A DNA stretch of 63,965 nt, the filler included, from Hausera hauseri (lineage: Eukaryota): the NCBI GenBank assembly GCA_046269625.1. It is 12 parts of 12 records of this genome, joined end to end, with 100 filler letters (N's around TTAATTAATTAA, not from the genome) between each part and the next. Parts side by side here need not be neighbours in the genome. Positions count along the whole stretch, not along the records: positions 1 to 8,149 come from JBJURY010749875.1; positions 8,250 to 14,525 come from JBJURY010118098.1; 10 more parts are not named here. One strand, given 5' to 3'. The translations under genes and the position numbers were made by a program. Shown here piece by piece: positions 1 through 13,985 of the stretch (its first letter is position 1; every line of letters begins with the position of its first letter). The notes beneath the pieces are model-generated. The model was not told where the DNA came from and did no database searches. It saw only the letters and a program-made list of their open reading frames with translations.

Positions 1-143
1 ATTGGTGAGTAAACGAGCTGCGCCCGCTACAGTGCCATCACATCATCCCCGTAGCAGAAAAGAAACGATGTAATGGCGAAAAAGAATGATGAAGATAAGA
101 AGAATGAAAACGATTTACTCGCAAAAGGAACAAAGTTCGGTGC

Positions 144-1704
144 CTATTCGGTTTTAGTGCGGGTGAAACGTTGTGTGCCCTGAAAGAACTTTTCTCTGCT
201 ATACGTACTGAATGTCACTCGGCGTACCTTACTCGATGGATTTGTGCTGGGCAGTTGAGTTATATTTTGTGATGGAGATGATAGCGAAAATGAGTCAAGC
301 AAAAAGGACGATGCAATTGTAGGTGATGTAAGGTCATTTAGAAAATCGGTAGGAGTGCTAGTTAAGTTTGAGTTGGAGGTAGAATTCGCATCTGTACTGT
401 CGTCAATGAATAAAGCGGGCTTCAAATTCGAAACATGAACGCTGTAAGGTTTACCTTGGCGTAAGATGGTTGCTGTGTGAGATGACAGATTCAGCAGTTT
501 GTATGGACTAACATATAGAGGTCTAAAACCAGAAGGCGATTGATCCTTCAGCCATACAAACTTGGCGGAGTATACATACTTCGAAATATAGGATTTATTG
601 TTGTTAAAGAGACGACAGAATGAATCTGAGCTGACCTCGACGAAGTGAGATTGTACTGCACGAATGTTTTCGTTTGTGGGGTTGTCGTCGAGATCAGAAA
701 GTTCAAATAAGGCCCGAATTGGAGTCCCAAATAGTGCCTCGGCTGGAGCACAGTCGGTAGTGGTCGAAGGTGTGTTGTGCCACCCTAGTAGAATAAATGG
801 TAGAATGGACGTCCTATTGCGATGAGTGTCAGCCAAGATTTTTTAAGGAAACTTTCATTGCTCGATGGAACCTTTTAAAAAGGCCATTTGCTTAAGGATG
901 ATATGGAGTTGTGTGGAAATGGGATATCCCCAAATGTTTTACTAGCGATGTGAATAGTTCCGATTCAAATTGTCGACCTTGATCCGTTATTATGTAACGT
1001 GGGGAACCAAAATGACTGATCCAGATTTTTATAAATGCATCAGCTACTGAATCAGTGTTTGTTGAACGAAGAGGAACGGCTTCAGGCCAACGAGAAGCAC
1101 GATCCATCACAGTAAGGATATACTGATATCTGTTGTCAGCAGGTGAAGGGCCAACGAGATCAAGATGAACTGTGTGAAAGCGTGATGTGCAAGGGAAATG
1201 GTACAGCGGCGGTTTAAGGTGTTTGTTGATTTTGTATTTTTGACAGGCTATGCATTCTTTAACCCAGTTTTGTACATCTTTACGCATTGATGGCCAAACT
1301 ACATGACGTTGTAACAGGCGAAAGGTTGCTTTTGAACCTAGATGATGGAGTGAATGCGTACGAACGAAAGCTGGCTTTTGTAAAAGTGGAGCTAGAATGA
1401 TCTTTTTATTACCGGTATTCGACGTATCATAAGCAATGCCATCGATGATCTCGAAGGATTTAAAAGAACTAAGGAAGTCAGCAGGCGATTCATCTGCTTC
1501 TAAAACTTCGGATAAAAAAATCGGCTCAACAATGATGGAGCCAACCGACCTCGATAGAAAATCTGCTACCAAATTATCTGTGCGAGATGTATTCCAAGAA
1601 AAAGCTGAACGAAGACAGGTATGATATATATATCGCTCTTGCCTCGGTGATGGCTGTTTTAACGACATTACGTGCAGGAGGGGCTTGTGATCAGTTTGAA
1701 TCAC
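144..1704 (-). pseudogene. Gypsy integrase (HHCC zinc finger, rve core, GPY/F-type C-terminus)
   Basis: HSLHHLG...CIAC; VHLDLVGP...DRASRWPEAVP...TDQGRQFES...TTPYHP; YVSPYKL in ORF 144-836. Confidence 0.92.
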
Positions 1705-3014
1705 AAATGTACGAGAGAGAAGTAGATGTTTAAAATGTTTTACTGCAAGAACTATGGCGAGTAACTCACGGTCAAATGTTGAATAACGGCTTTCGGGTTG
1801 TGTAAGCTTCCTAGAGTAAAATTCTAAAGATTTATCAACCCCGTTGGAAATTTGGTGTAGTATTGCACCGGTGGCTGTGGTTGAGGCATCGGTGGTAAGT
1901 ATAAGATCTGCGTTGGGCTTTGGATAGGCCAGTATTTCGACAGATTTTAGGCCATTGCGTAAGTGTTCGAACTGAGTGACTAAACCAGGAGTTCAATGAA
2001 TCAATTGCCTCTTTCTACCGGATGATAAATGCGCAAAAGGTGCTGTGAGTTTAAAACAATGAAGTACATATATGCCGATAAAGTGGAGTGTGCTTAAGAA
2101 GCTTCTCATGTCCGTGGTAGTCGTTGGTACAGTTATGTTCTTCAATTGTTGTAGTCGATCCGGTTGTGGAGAGTGACCGTGAGGAGTGATGACGTGACCT
2201 AGGAAATTTACACGTTTTTGAAAGAAACGACACTTAGAGAAGTTGACTTGCAAATTTATGTGATGTAATCTGTAAAAGATAATACGAAGGTGTTCTTGAT
2301 GCTGTTTGACACACGCAGAGACAACTAATATGTCATCAATATATGTATGAACGAAGTCAAGGCCTAAGAGTACGGTATCAATGTGCCGTTAAAAAGTTTG
2401 AGAAGCACTACGTAAACCAAATGGCATAAAGACATATTCGTAGAGGCCAAATGGAGTAATGATAACAGGTTTTAGAATATCATCACGTGCAACCAGAATT
2501 TGATGATATTCTTTATGCAAGTCAATTGTGTAGTACGTGTTAGTGTTGGTAAGACTGTGCAGGATGTCATTTATAAGAGGTAGAGAGTAAGCATCCAGGA
2601 CTGTTAGGTTATTTAACTGACGATAGTCACCACACGACCTGTAAGTGCCATCTTTCTTTGTTACTGCATGCAATGGTGAAGCCCATGGTGATTTGGATCT
2701 TCGAATTATGCCAGCCTTTCGAGTTCACTGAACTCTGATTCAACCGCTTTTCGTCTGCGAGGTGACAGTGGCCTTACCTTTTGTCTGAGAGGTCTTTGAT
2801 GTTTGGTGACTATGTGGTAATAAGTTGGAGAATGCGGCTTGAAACTGATGTCCTTCTTAAGAGTGCGGAAGCAAAAAGTTTTAATGAAGGATTTAAGATT
2901 GGTTTCCAGCGATAAGAATGATGAAGGCATGTTAGTGAAAGAATCGGTGGCTGTAATAGACGTAGAATCACGGAACACTTTGTTAATGATTTTCGGTTCA
3001 ATTGGCTGTTTCAA
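1705..3014 (-). pseudogene. Gypsy reverse transcriptase and RNase H
   Basis: SPWASPLHAVTKKDGTYRSCGDYRQLN; MPFGLRSASQTF; YIDDILV (~2330-2345); TDASTTATGAILHQ; YSTFDRELLA (manual translation). Confidence 0.92.
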
Positions 3015-3035
3015 GACTGATTTGTTCTCACTTGA

Positions 3036-3632
3036 TCAAACTGAAAATATTGATGAGTTATTAAGCGTGTTGTTATCAGCCGATGAGGAGCATACAAAAT
3101 TGACATTTGAATGAACAGAGGAAGACAAGATGTCCGATTGGTCGTTTTGTGAGCACTGGTTAGTATTAGCAACGGAGTTTCTACGCAGGATGCATCTATG
3201 CTTACAGTCGACTAACAAATCGTATGCATCCAGAAAATTGGAGCCTATAATGGGCGATCTGATATTGGCTATGTGAAATTTCCAGGAGAAATTTCCTGGT
3301 ATGTTGGAGAATGTGAAAGACTGTTTAGTGTTACCTAAAATGTTCAGGGATTGACCACAGGCAGTGAAGCGTAGAGAAGAGAAAAATGTGTTAGATGTAG
3401 GAACGAAGGACAAAGGAAGGAGTGAAAATGCAGCTCCTGAATCGATGAGGAAGTTTATTTGTGAGGTGTCTCCCAATAACAGTTCAGCCTTCAACAGGAA
3501 GACTGCAAAGGCGGTGTCGAAACGGTCAGAATTTTGAGCAATATTGCTTATACGAGAATGTGCCGTGGTATCTGGTGCCGCGATTAGTTTTTTGAAGGAT
3601 TTGGAGAAAAGAAAGAGGCGGAGGAAAAGCAA
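3036..3632 (-). pseudogene. Gypsy aspartic protease
   Basis: FLIDSGAAFSLLP active site; IIGSNFLDAYDLLVD C-terminal motif. Confidence 0.88.
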
Positions 3633-3699
3633 GTAAATTTATCATTATAATGCTTACAAACAGACATACATAATCTAGCCCGTGAGTGAAACTTATTGT

Positions 3700-4480
3700 G
3701 ATAGCATCCCTTCGAAATCGCGTGTGATAAAAGCAAGTCATGCGTCCGCCAGGTAAAATGGATTGAGCAGAATGTCTCGAAATGCTTCTCTCCATTGAGG
3801 GTCTGGTTTTGCTTCGTCGAAGCCCATTAAGATTATTTAGTTGGGTGGTAATGGCCAGAATCGACTGCTGTAACTCGTCAAACTGTTGTTTTATCATTTG
3901 CAATTGTTGTGAAAATGAAGGATTATATGTGTGTGATGGTGTATGAGCGGTTGATGCAGCTACTGTTTGTGAATTATTAGATTGCAAAATGTCAAAACTT
4001 TTGCTTCCAATAAAGCGAGCTTTTAGAAGGCCCTTGAATCATCTACTACCGTGAGCAGCGCTCTGATGGAGGTTGACAAAGATGAAAGGAAATACCGACA
4101 AAGAAGATCGGCATTGTTTATAGGAGTGACACCTAAAAGCTCAGTTGAGAGATTGCAGTTTTCAGGAAATCCAATGGTTTCGGATTTCCGATTGCATGTT
4201 CATTAAAGTATTTCTGAGTTATGCTGTCAATGGAAGGGTCGGTGATATGCAGAACTGATTCATAAAGCATATCATATGGACTTGAAGAAGTATGTCAGTA
4301 AGATTGTTGATTTGCTGCTTGATATTAGCTGGAAGTAGTAGCAGCAGACTGTTCGCCGGCAAAAAGGAGTCTGTGATATGATTAGCTTTAAGCCATTGCA
4401 AATGGAACTGTAACCAAGTGCGAATCAAATTGGTTTTATCAAGAAAAAAATCCGTGCAAGGAAGACTTGGAGATGTAATT
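3700..4480 (-). pseudogene. Gypsy gag remnant
   Basis: CFYHTRF motif typical of gypsy gag C-termini; lies upstream of PR. Confidence 0.65.
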
Positions 4481-6008
4481 GGTGTGGGGTCGGCAGGACG
4501 ACGACGATGTCGGGTTTTTGTTAAATTTTAGGCGGAAGGATCAGGGTCTTATCCACCACGGATACGAAAATGGACAGTGAGAATCATTGAATGTTTCCCA
4601 AATACAAAGGATAACAGAGTCGGAAGGTAAGAGTTAAGCCATTGTGCATGCAATAAAAGTTGAATGAGCCGAAAAAGGAAGACAATGCTGAATAAAAGAT
4701 GTGCGCCGTATGTTTGCATGCAACCCTCAGTGTATATTTGTTTATTATTTAAAAAAAAATAAGGGAAAAGAGATGCAGAGTAGCGGGGGCGGACATGTTC
4801 GGTCCTTCAGATAAATAGTTTATTGAATGCGCCATATATATAGAAGGATATTCAATCATAAAATTACTTTGAAAAGTTGACTCTGACTCGTGTTTATCCA
4901 TCGAACACTGAAAATTTCATTTGTTTTATTATCTGGAGAATTTTGGCCACAATTAAAACATGCCAACACGTTTTTATCATCTTTTTATCGTCTGAATTGT
5001 GATAATCTTTGAATAAACTTTTCAAAATTGGCATTTGACAACGACTTGCAATATTATTATTAATATTTGATCGAACCTCGAGGCTGTTTCGTACAATTGA
5101 AGTATTGTACTGTTTCATTTTTGTTATAGTTAGAATGTCTCAATCCTGCCATAACTTCAAGTGGATTATATAAAAAATTACATCCGTCAAAAATTTGTTG
5201 TCCTAGTGATTGCAAACCTTCGGAATCCAACCATGATTCAATAAACACTATACAACTCTTAATAATATCAATTATTTGATTTGATGGATAACGTTTTGAA
5301 GACAATTTTAACCAAATGATTAATTCCTGAGTTCCAAAACATTGAATATGGGACAGGAGAAAATTGAAATTGGCCAGGCATTGTAAGATAAACTCATTTT
5401 CCTGATTATTTTCGATTAGATGAAATGTGATGGAGTGTAACTTTCGTTTTATTTCATGGATTCGTTTCAGATTAGTTAGAATGCATGTACTGTTGCAACT
5501 ATATGAAATAAAAATATGACGCTAATTTTGAATGTAGTTGTGTTAACACATTGTATCTGTCCGTAGCATATTGATGAATTTGTCGATGGTACCAAGATAT
5601 CTTTGAAAACATTAAATGAAGAGCTGAGTTACGTGTGTTACCAACTATCATTTCAGCATTTGGTAAAAAATGGCCAAAATGTGTTTTGTGATTCCTTTGT
5701 ATTGGTCCGTTGAGTACGTTCATGATATTTGTTAGATCGAGATGTACATCCGCGGTTATCACCGTGATACTTGTTTTGTCGTGATTTATTATTAGAAGAA
5801 AATTTGTTAATACCATTTGTTGAAAATCAACATTATTTCGGTGGTTGTTTAATGATATAAAAGCATTACTTTGATATAGAAATCTTCTGTGGTTCCATGA
5901 ATTGGATTCATCATAATAATAATCATGTCCTCTGTTTTGAAAATTATGGTAATGCGGCTGAAGTTGTGGATCTGCATAAATATTGGATGGTTGACTATAG
6001 AAATAATC

Positions 6009-7192
6009 TCTCTTCCCAATATTCCGGATTCCGATTGAGTCGTTCCAAAACATCGAATGCTTTTGCTGAAGAATAGAATTCGCCAATTTTGTAACAGTCA
6101 TTGGCAATCAATTGCAACAGACTAAAAAATTCAGCGGATGTTTTCATTTTCAAATATAATTCCCATGCATTTCGGGATTTCTTGTTCATTATGTAACATT
6201 TGGCTAACCAACTCAGGTAGACGTTTTTGATTTTTTCATCTCGATTTAACAGGAAAACTTCTTCGGCTTCTTTATACGTACCAACGGCTTTCGATTGTGC
6301 ATAATTGTAATTGAGCGTATCATCGTTGTTGAAATAGCTTTTGATCGAGTATAAATAAACCAAAACGTCCTCAAATTGTTTCAACAGAAAGAAACACGAT
6401 GCTATGCACTGTCGTCCGGGAATTGTATCACAGTCACTCGCCGATCCGCCAACTAATTGGAAATATTGTTGGGCTAATTTTAGATTTTCTCGAGATCCGT
6501 CTTCTTGCCCGCTAACAGCATTAACGACGCCTTTCAAAATATATTCCTGTAGTGTTGTTGGATCGACGTCTTTTATTAATTCGTATGCTTGCGTAACGTC
6601 ATTTAGTTGTAAATAATAAATTACTAAGTTTAATCGGACTTCCGATAGCGCATCAATTAACCCAGTTAGTATTTGTAAAGCACCATCACCGTTATGGAAA
6701 ACCGTTAGATTGTGTCGAAATAGATCTTTAGCAAATACGAACGATTGTGTTGAAATGTCGTAAAGAGCTTCAATTCGGATTCAGCAGCTTTGCTGTTGTT
6801 TAGTTTGAAATGATTGCATGCATTTAAATTGGTAGCAATTGCGCTATCTTAATAATGTTGAAGATGAATCTGAAGAAGTTCCTGCGACACATCATAATAA
6901 AACAATTTGTAGTAGCATAATGCAACATAGACGTTCAAGGCAAGAAAATCTCGATTTTCCAACAAAATTCGTTTGTAAACATCAATGGCTTCTTGATAAT
7001 GATTACGCAGATAATGAATGGACGCCAGTGATAATTGGTCTTCGATAACATCCTGCAAATTTTGATGGAACGACATTAGTCGACGTTCGTCATTGAATTT
7101 GTGCGATAAATGGAATTGCAGTCAGTTTTGGAGTCGGCTTTTCGGGGCTTTCTTTGCTGAAACATCGACTTCTTGGTACATTCCGAAAAAAA
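6009..7192 (-). pseudogene. TTC26: IFT56/TTC26 (intraflagellar transport TPR protein), internal fragment with a stop and frameshifts
   Basis: [52 protein letters not shown]; [22 protein letters not shown]; [28 protein letters not shown]. These closely match animal TTC26. In-frame TGA near 7124 and frameshifts between 6850 and 6650. Confidence 0.95.
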
Positions 7193-7621
7193 CTGACTGA
7201 CACCAATTTAGTGACGCAATTAATTCCCAAAAATCAAATTCAAAATGAATAAATAAGGCTACTGAATTATTCTTCATTATTAACAATCAATTATGTTTTT
7301 ATCAATATTTACAATTTTTATGTACAAAGTGTATATATTGTCATTTATTTTGATGAATTCACGACGCCATTCGATTTGAGATGAACTGTACTGCCTGTAG
7401 AGTAGAATATTGCAGACGTGTGAGATGACGTAACTATATTTTAAAACGATGTCGTTTTGGAACCGTTTTGATGATTCGATAAAATGATAGTCCTTCATTG
7501 TTTAATTTGATAGATTTGATTTGATAGATTTGCTGATCTTCTATCTTGTTGAATGAGAGAAATTGGAGATTGACGACCTGCCCTCTGGCGACAAAACGAT
7601 CTGCGCCAGCGACCGTGGCAC

Positions 7622-7909
7622 CACACAGGTTCCGTCTTGTAAATGGCATTTTTGATTCTCGGTATATAGTTTGGTGACATTGGAACATTACTTTCTGTAC
7701 TCGTATCTCCGATTTATAGAAATCTACGACCATTACATTCGATTCTACTCCTTTTCCGCTGTGGTATTCCGCTCCATTACAATGTCCATAATGCATGTCT
7801 AGCCTTTCAACCACTACTTTATGCCCTAATTATCTTTCCTGGTTGCATCTCTAGTTCCATACTATCCCATTTTAATCTTCCGGTTTCCCTGGCCTGCTTA
7901 CAATGCTGG
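7622..7909 (-). pseudogene. env glycoprotein fragment (copy D of the env-bearing element)
   Basis: QHCKQARETGRLKWDSMELEMQPGKII / VERLDMHYGHCNGAEYHSGKGVESNVMVVDFY; very similar to 14306-14525. Confidence 0.9.
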
Positions 7910-8149
7910 TGTGATAAAAGGTCAATAAACAGTACGGAAGTCGAATCATGACCGTACGGAAAATTAATTGGATAAATATCCGTTTGCGTAATTGTGTGTA
8001 TAATTTGGAACCTCTGTTTATGAATTAATTGAATTAATTATTAAATGTAAATTGGTTAAAATGGGATAATTCAATTAGAATGTAGAAATAAGGTACAACA
8101 ATTGTAAATAATTAGAAATCGGAATCCGGTCAGAATAGTATATAAGTAG
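7910..8149 (+). repeat. Possible LTR 5' part inserted into env copy D
   Basis: env homology stops exactly at a TGT start; the following sequence is AT-rich, non-coding, with TATATAA near 8139. No second copy to confirm. Confidence 0.3.
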
Positions 8150-8249
8150 NNNNNNNNNNNNNNNNNNNNNNNNNNNNNNNNNNNNNNNNNNNNTTAATTA
8201 ATTAANNNNNNNNNNNNNNNNNNNNNNNNNNNNNNNNNNNNNNNNNNNN
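8150..8249. other. Artificial contig spacer (first of 11; others at 14526, 18638, 23246, 28356, 33055, 38252, 42802, 50448, 55020, 59181)
   Basis: Identical N44-TTAATTAATTAA-N44 with stops in all six frames. Confidence 0.99.
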
Positions 8250-8791
8250 AAATTTTTCAGATTATTCCAAATTACAATCTTAATTTAAATTTAAATTTTA
8301 AAATTGTATCTGATTCAAATTTAGAACTTCTGTTAACAATTATATCCTCACATGGATGAAGTCAGAAATTATAACTCGACGAAAACACTGAAAATAGAAG
8401 GTGAAACGAAATTTGTAATCAGCTGAAGATTGACTTATATTGATATTCGACTATTGATCTTTCGTGGCGAAATTGTACTAATTGTTCTGAGTTTATTAAA
8501 GGGCATATTTTGAGATCCTTTTTTTAAATCACATAGTTTTCCATCGCTTCATAAAAGCGATTTGATTATCCTAGGTTTAAAATCATTACTGTAAACTCTA
8601 TAGATAATAGAAGATTTGCTTAAACATTCGCACAGGACCGCAATTGAGTACCAGCATTACTAACTAATAATAGAGGAGGTACATTCTGTCTATTCGATAA
8701 CGATAGACCGATCTGCAATAAGATATCAAAATTCAAGTGTAATTATTGCTATAAAGTGGGAATTGAGTAAGGGCCACCTCAATGTATAACA
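8250..8791 (+). repeat. Putative 5' LTR (truncated by contig start)
   Basis: Ends in ...GTATAACA two nt before a TGG-starting PBS and ~170 nt before gag. Confidence 0.55.
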
Positions 8792-8793
8792 TT

Positions 8794-8810
8794 TGGCAAC
8801 CCTAGCAGGA
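8794..8810 (+). promoter_or_regulatory. Primer-binding site, probably tRNA-Arg type
   Basis: TGGCAACCCTAGCAGGA resembles the TGGCGACCGTGACAGGA Arg-type PBS of gypsy elements. Confidence 0.6.
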
Positions 8811-8962
8811 CAGTTTGTACCTTGCTAGACTTTACTTTTGAGAGTTAAATAAATACATACCGGCGAACAGCGCCATTTACACCGAGTAAATTGATATAGT
8901 TGGAGCTGAAAATTAAATTGGGTATATAGGCTATTGCACGGGATAAATAACGTTATTTTTAA

Positions 8963-10471
8963 TTGAGAACGAATACTGATATGTTAAAAGCCAACCTTGT
9001 ATTAAAAGATAACTCACTCATATGTGAAACACGTCGAAATATATATAGAGATACACAAAATGTAGATAAACGCTCAAATTCAGAGAATGGAATAAAGTTA
9101 GACGTCATCGAGCAAAACAAGCAATTCAAAATCCCACTTGAGAAGCATAAAGTCAATAAAACAAATTTAGAGAATAATATGGCAGCAATTAACCCTCCAG
9201 TAGCGCAAAAACTAAACATTTTTACTTTTGACTCTCTGAACCTGCCGGCATACGATGGTGATCCAGGCGAGCTTAATGAATTCTTGAGAACTTATAAATT
9301 GCACGCAGAAGGTGCTAGCCTTACTCCCGAGGTAATGATTAAACGCTTGTCGTTATATTTGAAAAATTTAGCCGCTGACGCTTATAGCGAGCTCACAAAC
9401 GACGAGAAGAAATCTTGGTCCTCCATAATAGGAGCATTAAATCGTAAATTATTTCCGACAGTAACGCCACAACAAAAGCTCATGGCATTTCAAAATATAA
9501 TGCCACAAAAGGGTGAATCAGTAACCGAGTTTGCATTTGCACTGAAGAAACTCGTTAATAGTTACGTAAGAACCTTATAAAGTGTTTGTGTAGCAAAAGC
9601 TAAAACAGAAGCAAAACGCGATGCTGCGGAAAAGGCAGCCCCACCAGATTTAGACGTCATGATGAAAACTCAATTGATTAATGGTATTTGGTCCCGAGAT
9701 TTAGTTAAACAATTGATTTTAGCCAGACCTGAGAATTTCGAGAAAACTCTGCAATTAGCCCAAGATTTAGAAACGGCACTCGATAGATACGCCAGACATA
9801 ACGAGAGAAATAATGATCGAAATGACCGTACCGATAGAAATCGGAATGACAATCGTGGAAGGAACGATAGACGATTTAATGGAAATAGAAATTATGAAAA
9901 TATAAATAGTAACAATGATTACAGAACTAGTCGAAACAATGGTTACGTTAACGACCGAAACATGAACAAGTCAAATTCTTACTCGAATAGAATTCAAGGA
10001 AACTACAAAGGTTCGAACTATTTAAATCGCGACGATGATAATCAAAATAACGATAGCCGAAGAAATGTAGATAGTACAAAAGGTTTGTAGAATCAGTACA
10101 ATAGAAGTACGAATAGACCTAAGTCACCTCTGAATGAAGACGGTCGACAAAGAGTCGTCAGAAACGGGAATTTAGTTTCTTTCACTTGTGTAAAAGAAGG
10201 ATATATTTCACGATCATGTCCAAACCCGCGTGTCGTTTCGTTTTCCGAGCCAAACAAGACTAGTATGATTAGAGTTAACGAAAATTTAGACACCAAGTAT
10301 AGTGTTCGCGGAGATACAGGCACTATTATGGACATACAAGACTTGCGAAAATTTCTAGACGTTCAACCTGAGACTACTAACCCACAAATTTTTATGGCTA
10401 GAAAAGAATACGGAGATAAGCTAAGACTATTAGAAGTATATCATGGTTTAGCAGAACCAGAAACGGACTAG
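8963..10471 (+). pseudogene. gag, copy A (capsid domain, N/R-rich linker, degenerate CCHC)
   Basis: LPAYDGDPGELNEFL...LYLKNLAADAY...QKGESVTEFAFALKKL. ORFs 8963, 9659 and 10265 share one frame separated by point stops. FTCVKEGYISRSC is the decayed knuckle. Confidence 0.9.
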
Positions 10472-13400
10472 GAGCCTGCGATAGCACCCAAGCGAATTGA
10501 TATGATCGCAAGAGTGTTCCGACAATCAATAAAATATCTGACCAACCAGGAAACTTGACAGAAGTCGACTTAGACGTAGAGCCTGAGTTCGCAGTTGAAA
10601 AAGTGGATAAGTCTACCGATTACGACACAGAAGAAAAATAATTTATGGAACCATTAATACTTAAAATTACGAAAAATAGAAGCCGTAGCTCTTTCCTAAT
10701 AACAAAACGAAGAAGTCGTTCACGCTCCAAAGTAACTACAGAGAAAATTGAAGGAACGGAAGATCCGAACATCGTTGTAGAAGGCGACGCGGACCATAGT
10801 TTGAATACACCAGAGATTGGTCTACTCTCGCCTGTCGGGTGGGGGGGAGTCTGTAGATTCAGTTAATAAAATTAGTGAGATTTGCCCACTTTCCATTAGT
10901 GAGGAATAAACGGAAAATATTGTTGATTTTGACCCAAGAAAGTGGAAAGTCCGACGTTCATGGAAAAATGCCGATGAGCTAAAGTAAATGAGAATTAGGT
11001 GTCACGACCCAGAAATCCTGCAGCGAAACTTAGAAAGGCTTAAGCAAATTAGCGAACAAGTAGATATATCCGGAAAAGAACAACAGTATACTGAGAAATT
11101 ATATAAAAGTCTAAAATTATGCAGTGAAGGCAAACTCGATGAAGCAATCGACTTAAAACAACCTGAAGAAGTATCATTTGAAACGTTGTAAAAATGGAAA
11201 CAGGAATTAGAATCATGGATTAAAAGTGGAGTCAAATTTTTGGAAGGATAGAGCAAAAACGAAGATAGTGTCAACGTAAAAGTCGCTAAAGCTGAAACAC
11301 TATTGTCCACCCTAGAAGCAAACCCGAAACTGAAGAGAGTAATCCGTAATTTATAACGTATGATGGGCGAAATTCGCTGTACAATGATTAATCGGCTTAG
11401 GGAAAAACCGGTTAGCCATCGAAGTAATATCGATTTGGAAATATTGGGCATAGACCCTGTGGATATTCCTTCCCTCGTTGAGATGATAAAAATCGCATTT
11501 GCTGTACTTAGACAATATACAAACCTAGAAAACCGAATCAAAACGGAAAATGAAAGGCGAGCGCCGATTTACAGCCGCAGAAACCGAATCGTGTCCCCAA
11601 ACCATAAGGAGATTCAATACGTAGTAAAGGCTTGTATAGTAGAATTGGACGAATATAAGGGCGAGTTTAGTTATGTCGGCCGGATTATGAATTTTCTAAG
11701 AGGGCCGGATGATGAGTTAAAAGATGCATATAAAATGCTAGATAAGGCTATAACGGCAAAGCCAGTAATTGCCAATCAATTGTCGAAGTAGTCCGAATTA
11801 GTAATGCGATTAAGCAAATTAGTGGAAAACCGAAAGAAAGAATTTCCAGAAAGCGAGCCTTCTGTAAAGAAACAGTTAAAAGAAAGCGCACGTAATTTAG
11901 ATACCATACTAGCAGAAATAGATATCCGAACGAGATTCGAAGCATTACGACGACTTAATTTTATGAAGAAGAAACATGAAGCGACGATACTGGAAGAGAT
12001 CTATAAAATGGTCGAAGAAATGAATTTGACAGAGAAGCGAAATATGACTTTCAATTTTTACCCAAGATTGAGAAATGTCCGACTAGAGGGACTTCAACAT
12101 CTAGCACATAAACCTATCAATGAGATTTCTGCTCAAGATATTGAAACTCTAGACATCTGTCCGGAAAACCGAGCCGCTTTAGCGTACGCGACCGGATGGC
12201 CGGATCGGATCAGAATTTCCATACCGAGTTGATAAAGATAAGAAATAACCAACGTCTTAGTTTTCAGGAATCTAAGTTCGTAAGGAAATTGTTGGATGCA
12301 ACGGATCCCGACTCAAAAGTCATAAATAAAATGTATGGGATAGCCTACTTATTGGTACAAATGGCGGAGATTAATGATGCGAAGATGATGCAATTGATGC
12401 CAAAATTACAGCAAGTAAAAGAAACATGTATCAGAACAAAACAAAGATCAACGAGACTAGATGAACTAGCAAAAGAACTCGAAATTTAACGAAAAAAATA
12501 TGCTTTTACGGAATCGGAAATCAAAAATAAGCGAGAATTCGTACAAAGATGGCAAAAGACGTAATTATTGAATTAACAGATTACCACGAAAAAGGACTCA
12601 TTAATTCTAATGAATTAGATGAATTACTGAAAATGATTCAGTATGCCTGCGGAAACGGAATAGGTTTCCGAACTATGCAGATGAAAGAAATACAACCAAG
12701 ATTGAAAGAAATTCGAGATAAAACGAATACAGCCTTAGTAGACTATGGACTTCCGGATGTTGGAAATGAACCAGAATGGGATGCGCACTTAGATGCAATA
12801 ACGGCCGAAAATACCATGACTCCAGTGCAACTAAACGAGGTAGAAACATGTCCGCAGGACAGGAGGTTCAATGTGGAGATGCTCCTGGATTCAGCGCTAA
12901 CTGAAAAAGATTTAATCGAACTAATTAAGGTAAATATTCCTGAAAATAAGTTAAGATAACTCATTCTGACTTTAATTAAATTATCTTCTGAGAATACAGT
13001 TTACAGCGCGGTGCTGAAACTTTTGATAAGGAAATATACTAAACCTGAGGTAACTACGAAAGTAAAAATATCATCCGAGTGGATGGATGAAAAAGAATAT
13101 GAACCAACCACTTATTCCTATGTAAGGGTCGTAACAGAACTGTTGATAAATAATGGTGGAACAAATGAGTTAAAATATAGATTCTACTTTAGAGATAAAA
13201 TACTGGACGATTTAGAACAGTTAATAGACCTTGGCATTATACCCGACGAAACAAAGTGAATAGTGGTAACAATAGCTAATGAGAAGATTAAAGAACAAAC
13301 CACACGTAAGGTTAAGGCAGAACAATGCGTAAGACAAATCATGGGAGTCGGAGATGCCGCCATGTATTTTGAGTGCTTACAAACGTATGAAGACAAGGAA

Positions 13401-13985
13401 CAATACGATAAGAATTTAGTGCCACTGAGTGAAACGATAACCAATGTCCCAAGACAGAAACGCCCAGTCGATAGACCTAAGAAGACACGAGAAGAAGCTG
13501 ACTATAATGGAGAATCGATTGGAGAATTGAGACAGATGCCGATTCCTACCTAATGAAGAATTAAGCGAATTCATGAAGAATTTAATATATGAATTGTAAA
13601 TTATTCAAGCCTTCGAGGCGACACATTAGACGATACAGAGAATGCGATATTTAATGCAGCTAGGATAATGAGAAGTTCACGTTTTAAATTATCAAAAAGT
13701 AACTTAAATGATGAATCGGTGATCGAGAAGATCATGGTGGAAAACACCGCTGAAGAATTAAGAAATGTATTAATGTGCTTAGCTATCAAAATGAACTCTA
13801 ATAGAGAAAATGAAATTAATAGAGCTACAAGCTTGGCACGTAGAGCGGCTAGAAAGCTACCCTGCGAAGTAAATTTGTCGAGATAATTCGATAATGAAGA
13901 AGACAAACCGTTCGATAATAGTAATAGTCTCGAAGATATGTTATGTAATTTGACAACGACAGATAATAGTAACCGGAAAAACGAA
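10472..13985 (+). pseudogene. Unknown ~1,150-aa K/E-rich region X, copy A
   Basis: Successive ORF pieces homologous to 24000-27710 and 49490-50447. Confidence 0.8.

Larger units (their letters stand above)
42..4480 (-). mobile_element. Decayed Ty3/gypsy LTR retrotransposon (gag-PR-RT-RH-IN, no env)
   Basis: Collinear minus-strand fragments: gag (CFYHTRF), PR (FLIDSGA), RT, RNase H, integrase. PPT-like GGGGATGA followed by TG at about 50-41. Many stops and frameshifts. Confidence 0.92.

Noticed and set aside
7910-8791. Joining the end of contig 1 and the start of contig 2 into one LTR
   Set aside because: They are separated by an artificial spacer and share no overlap.
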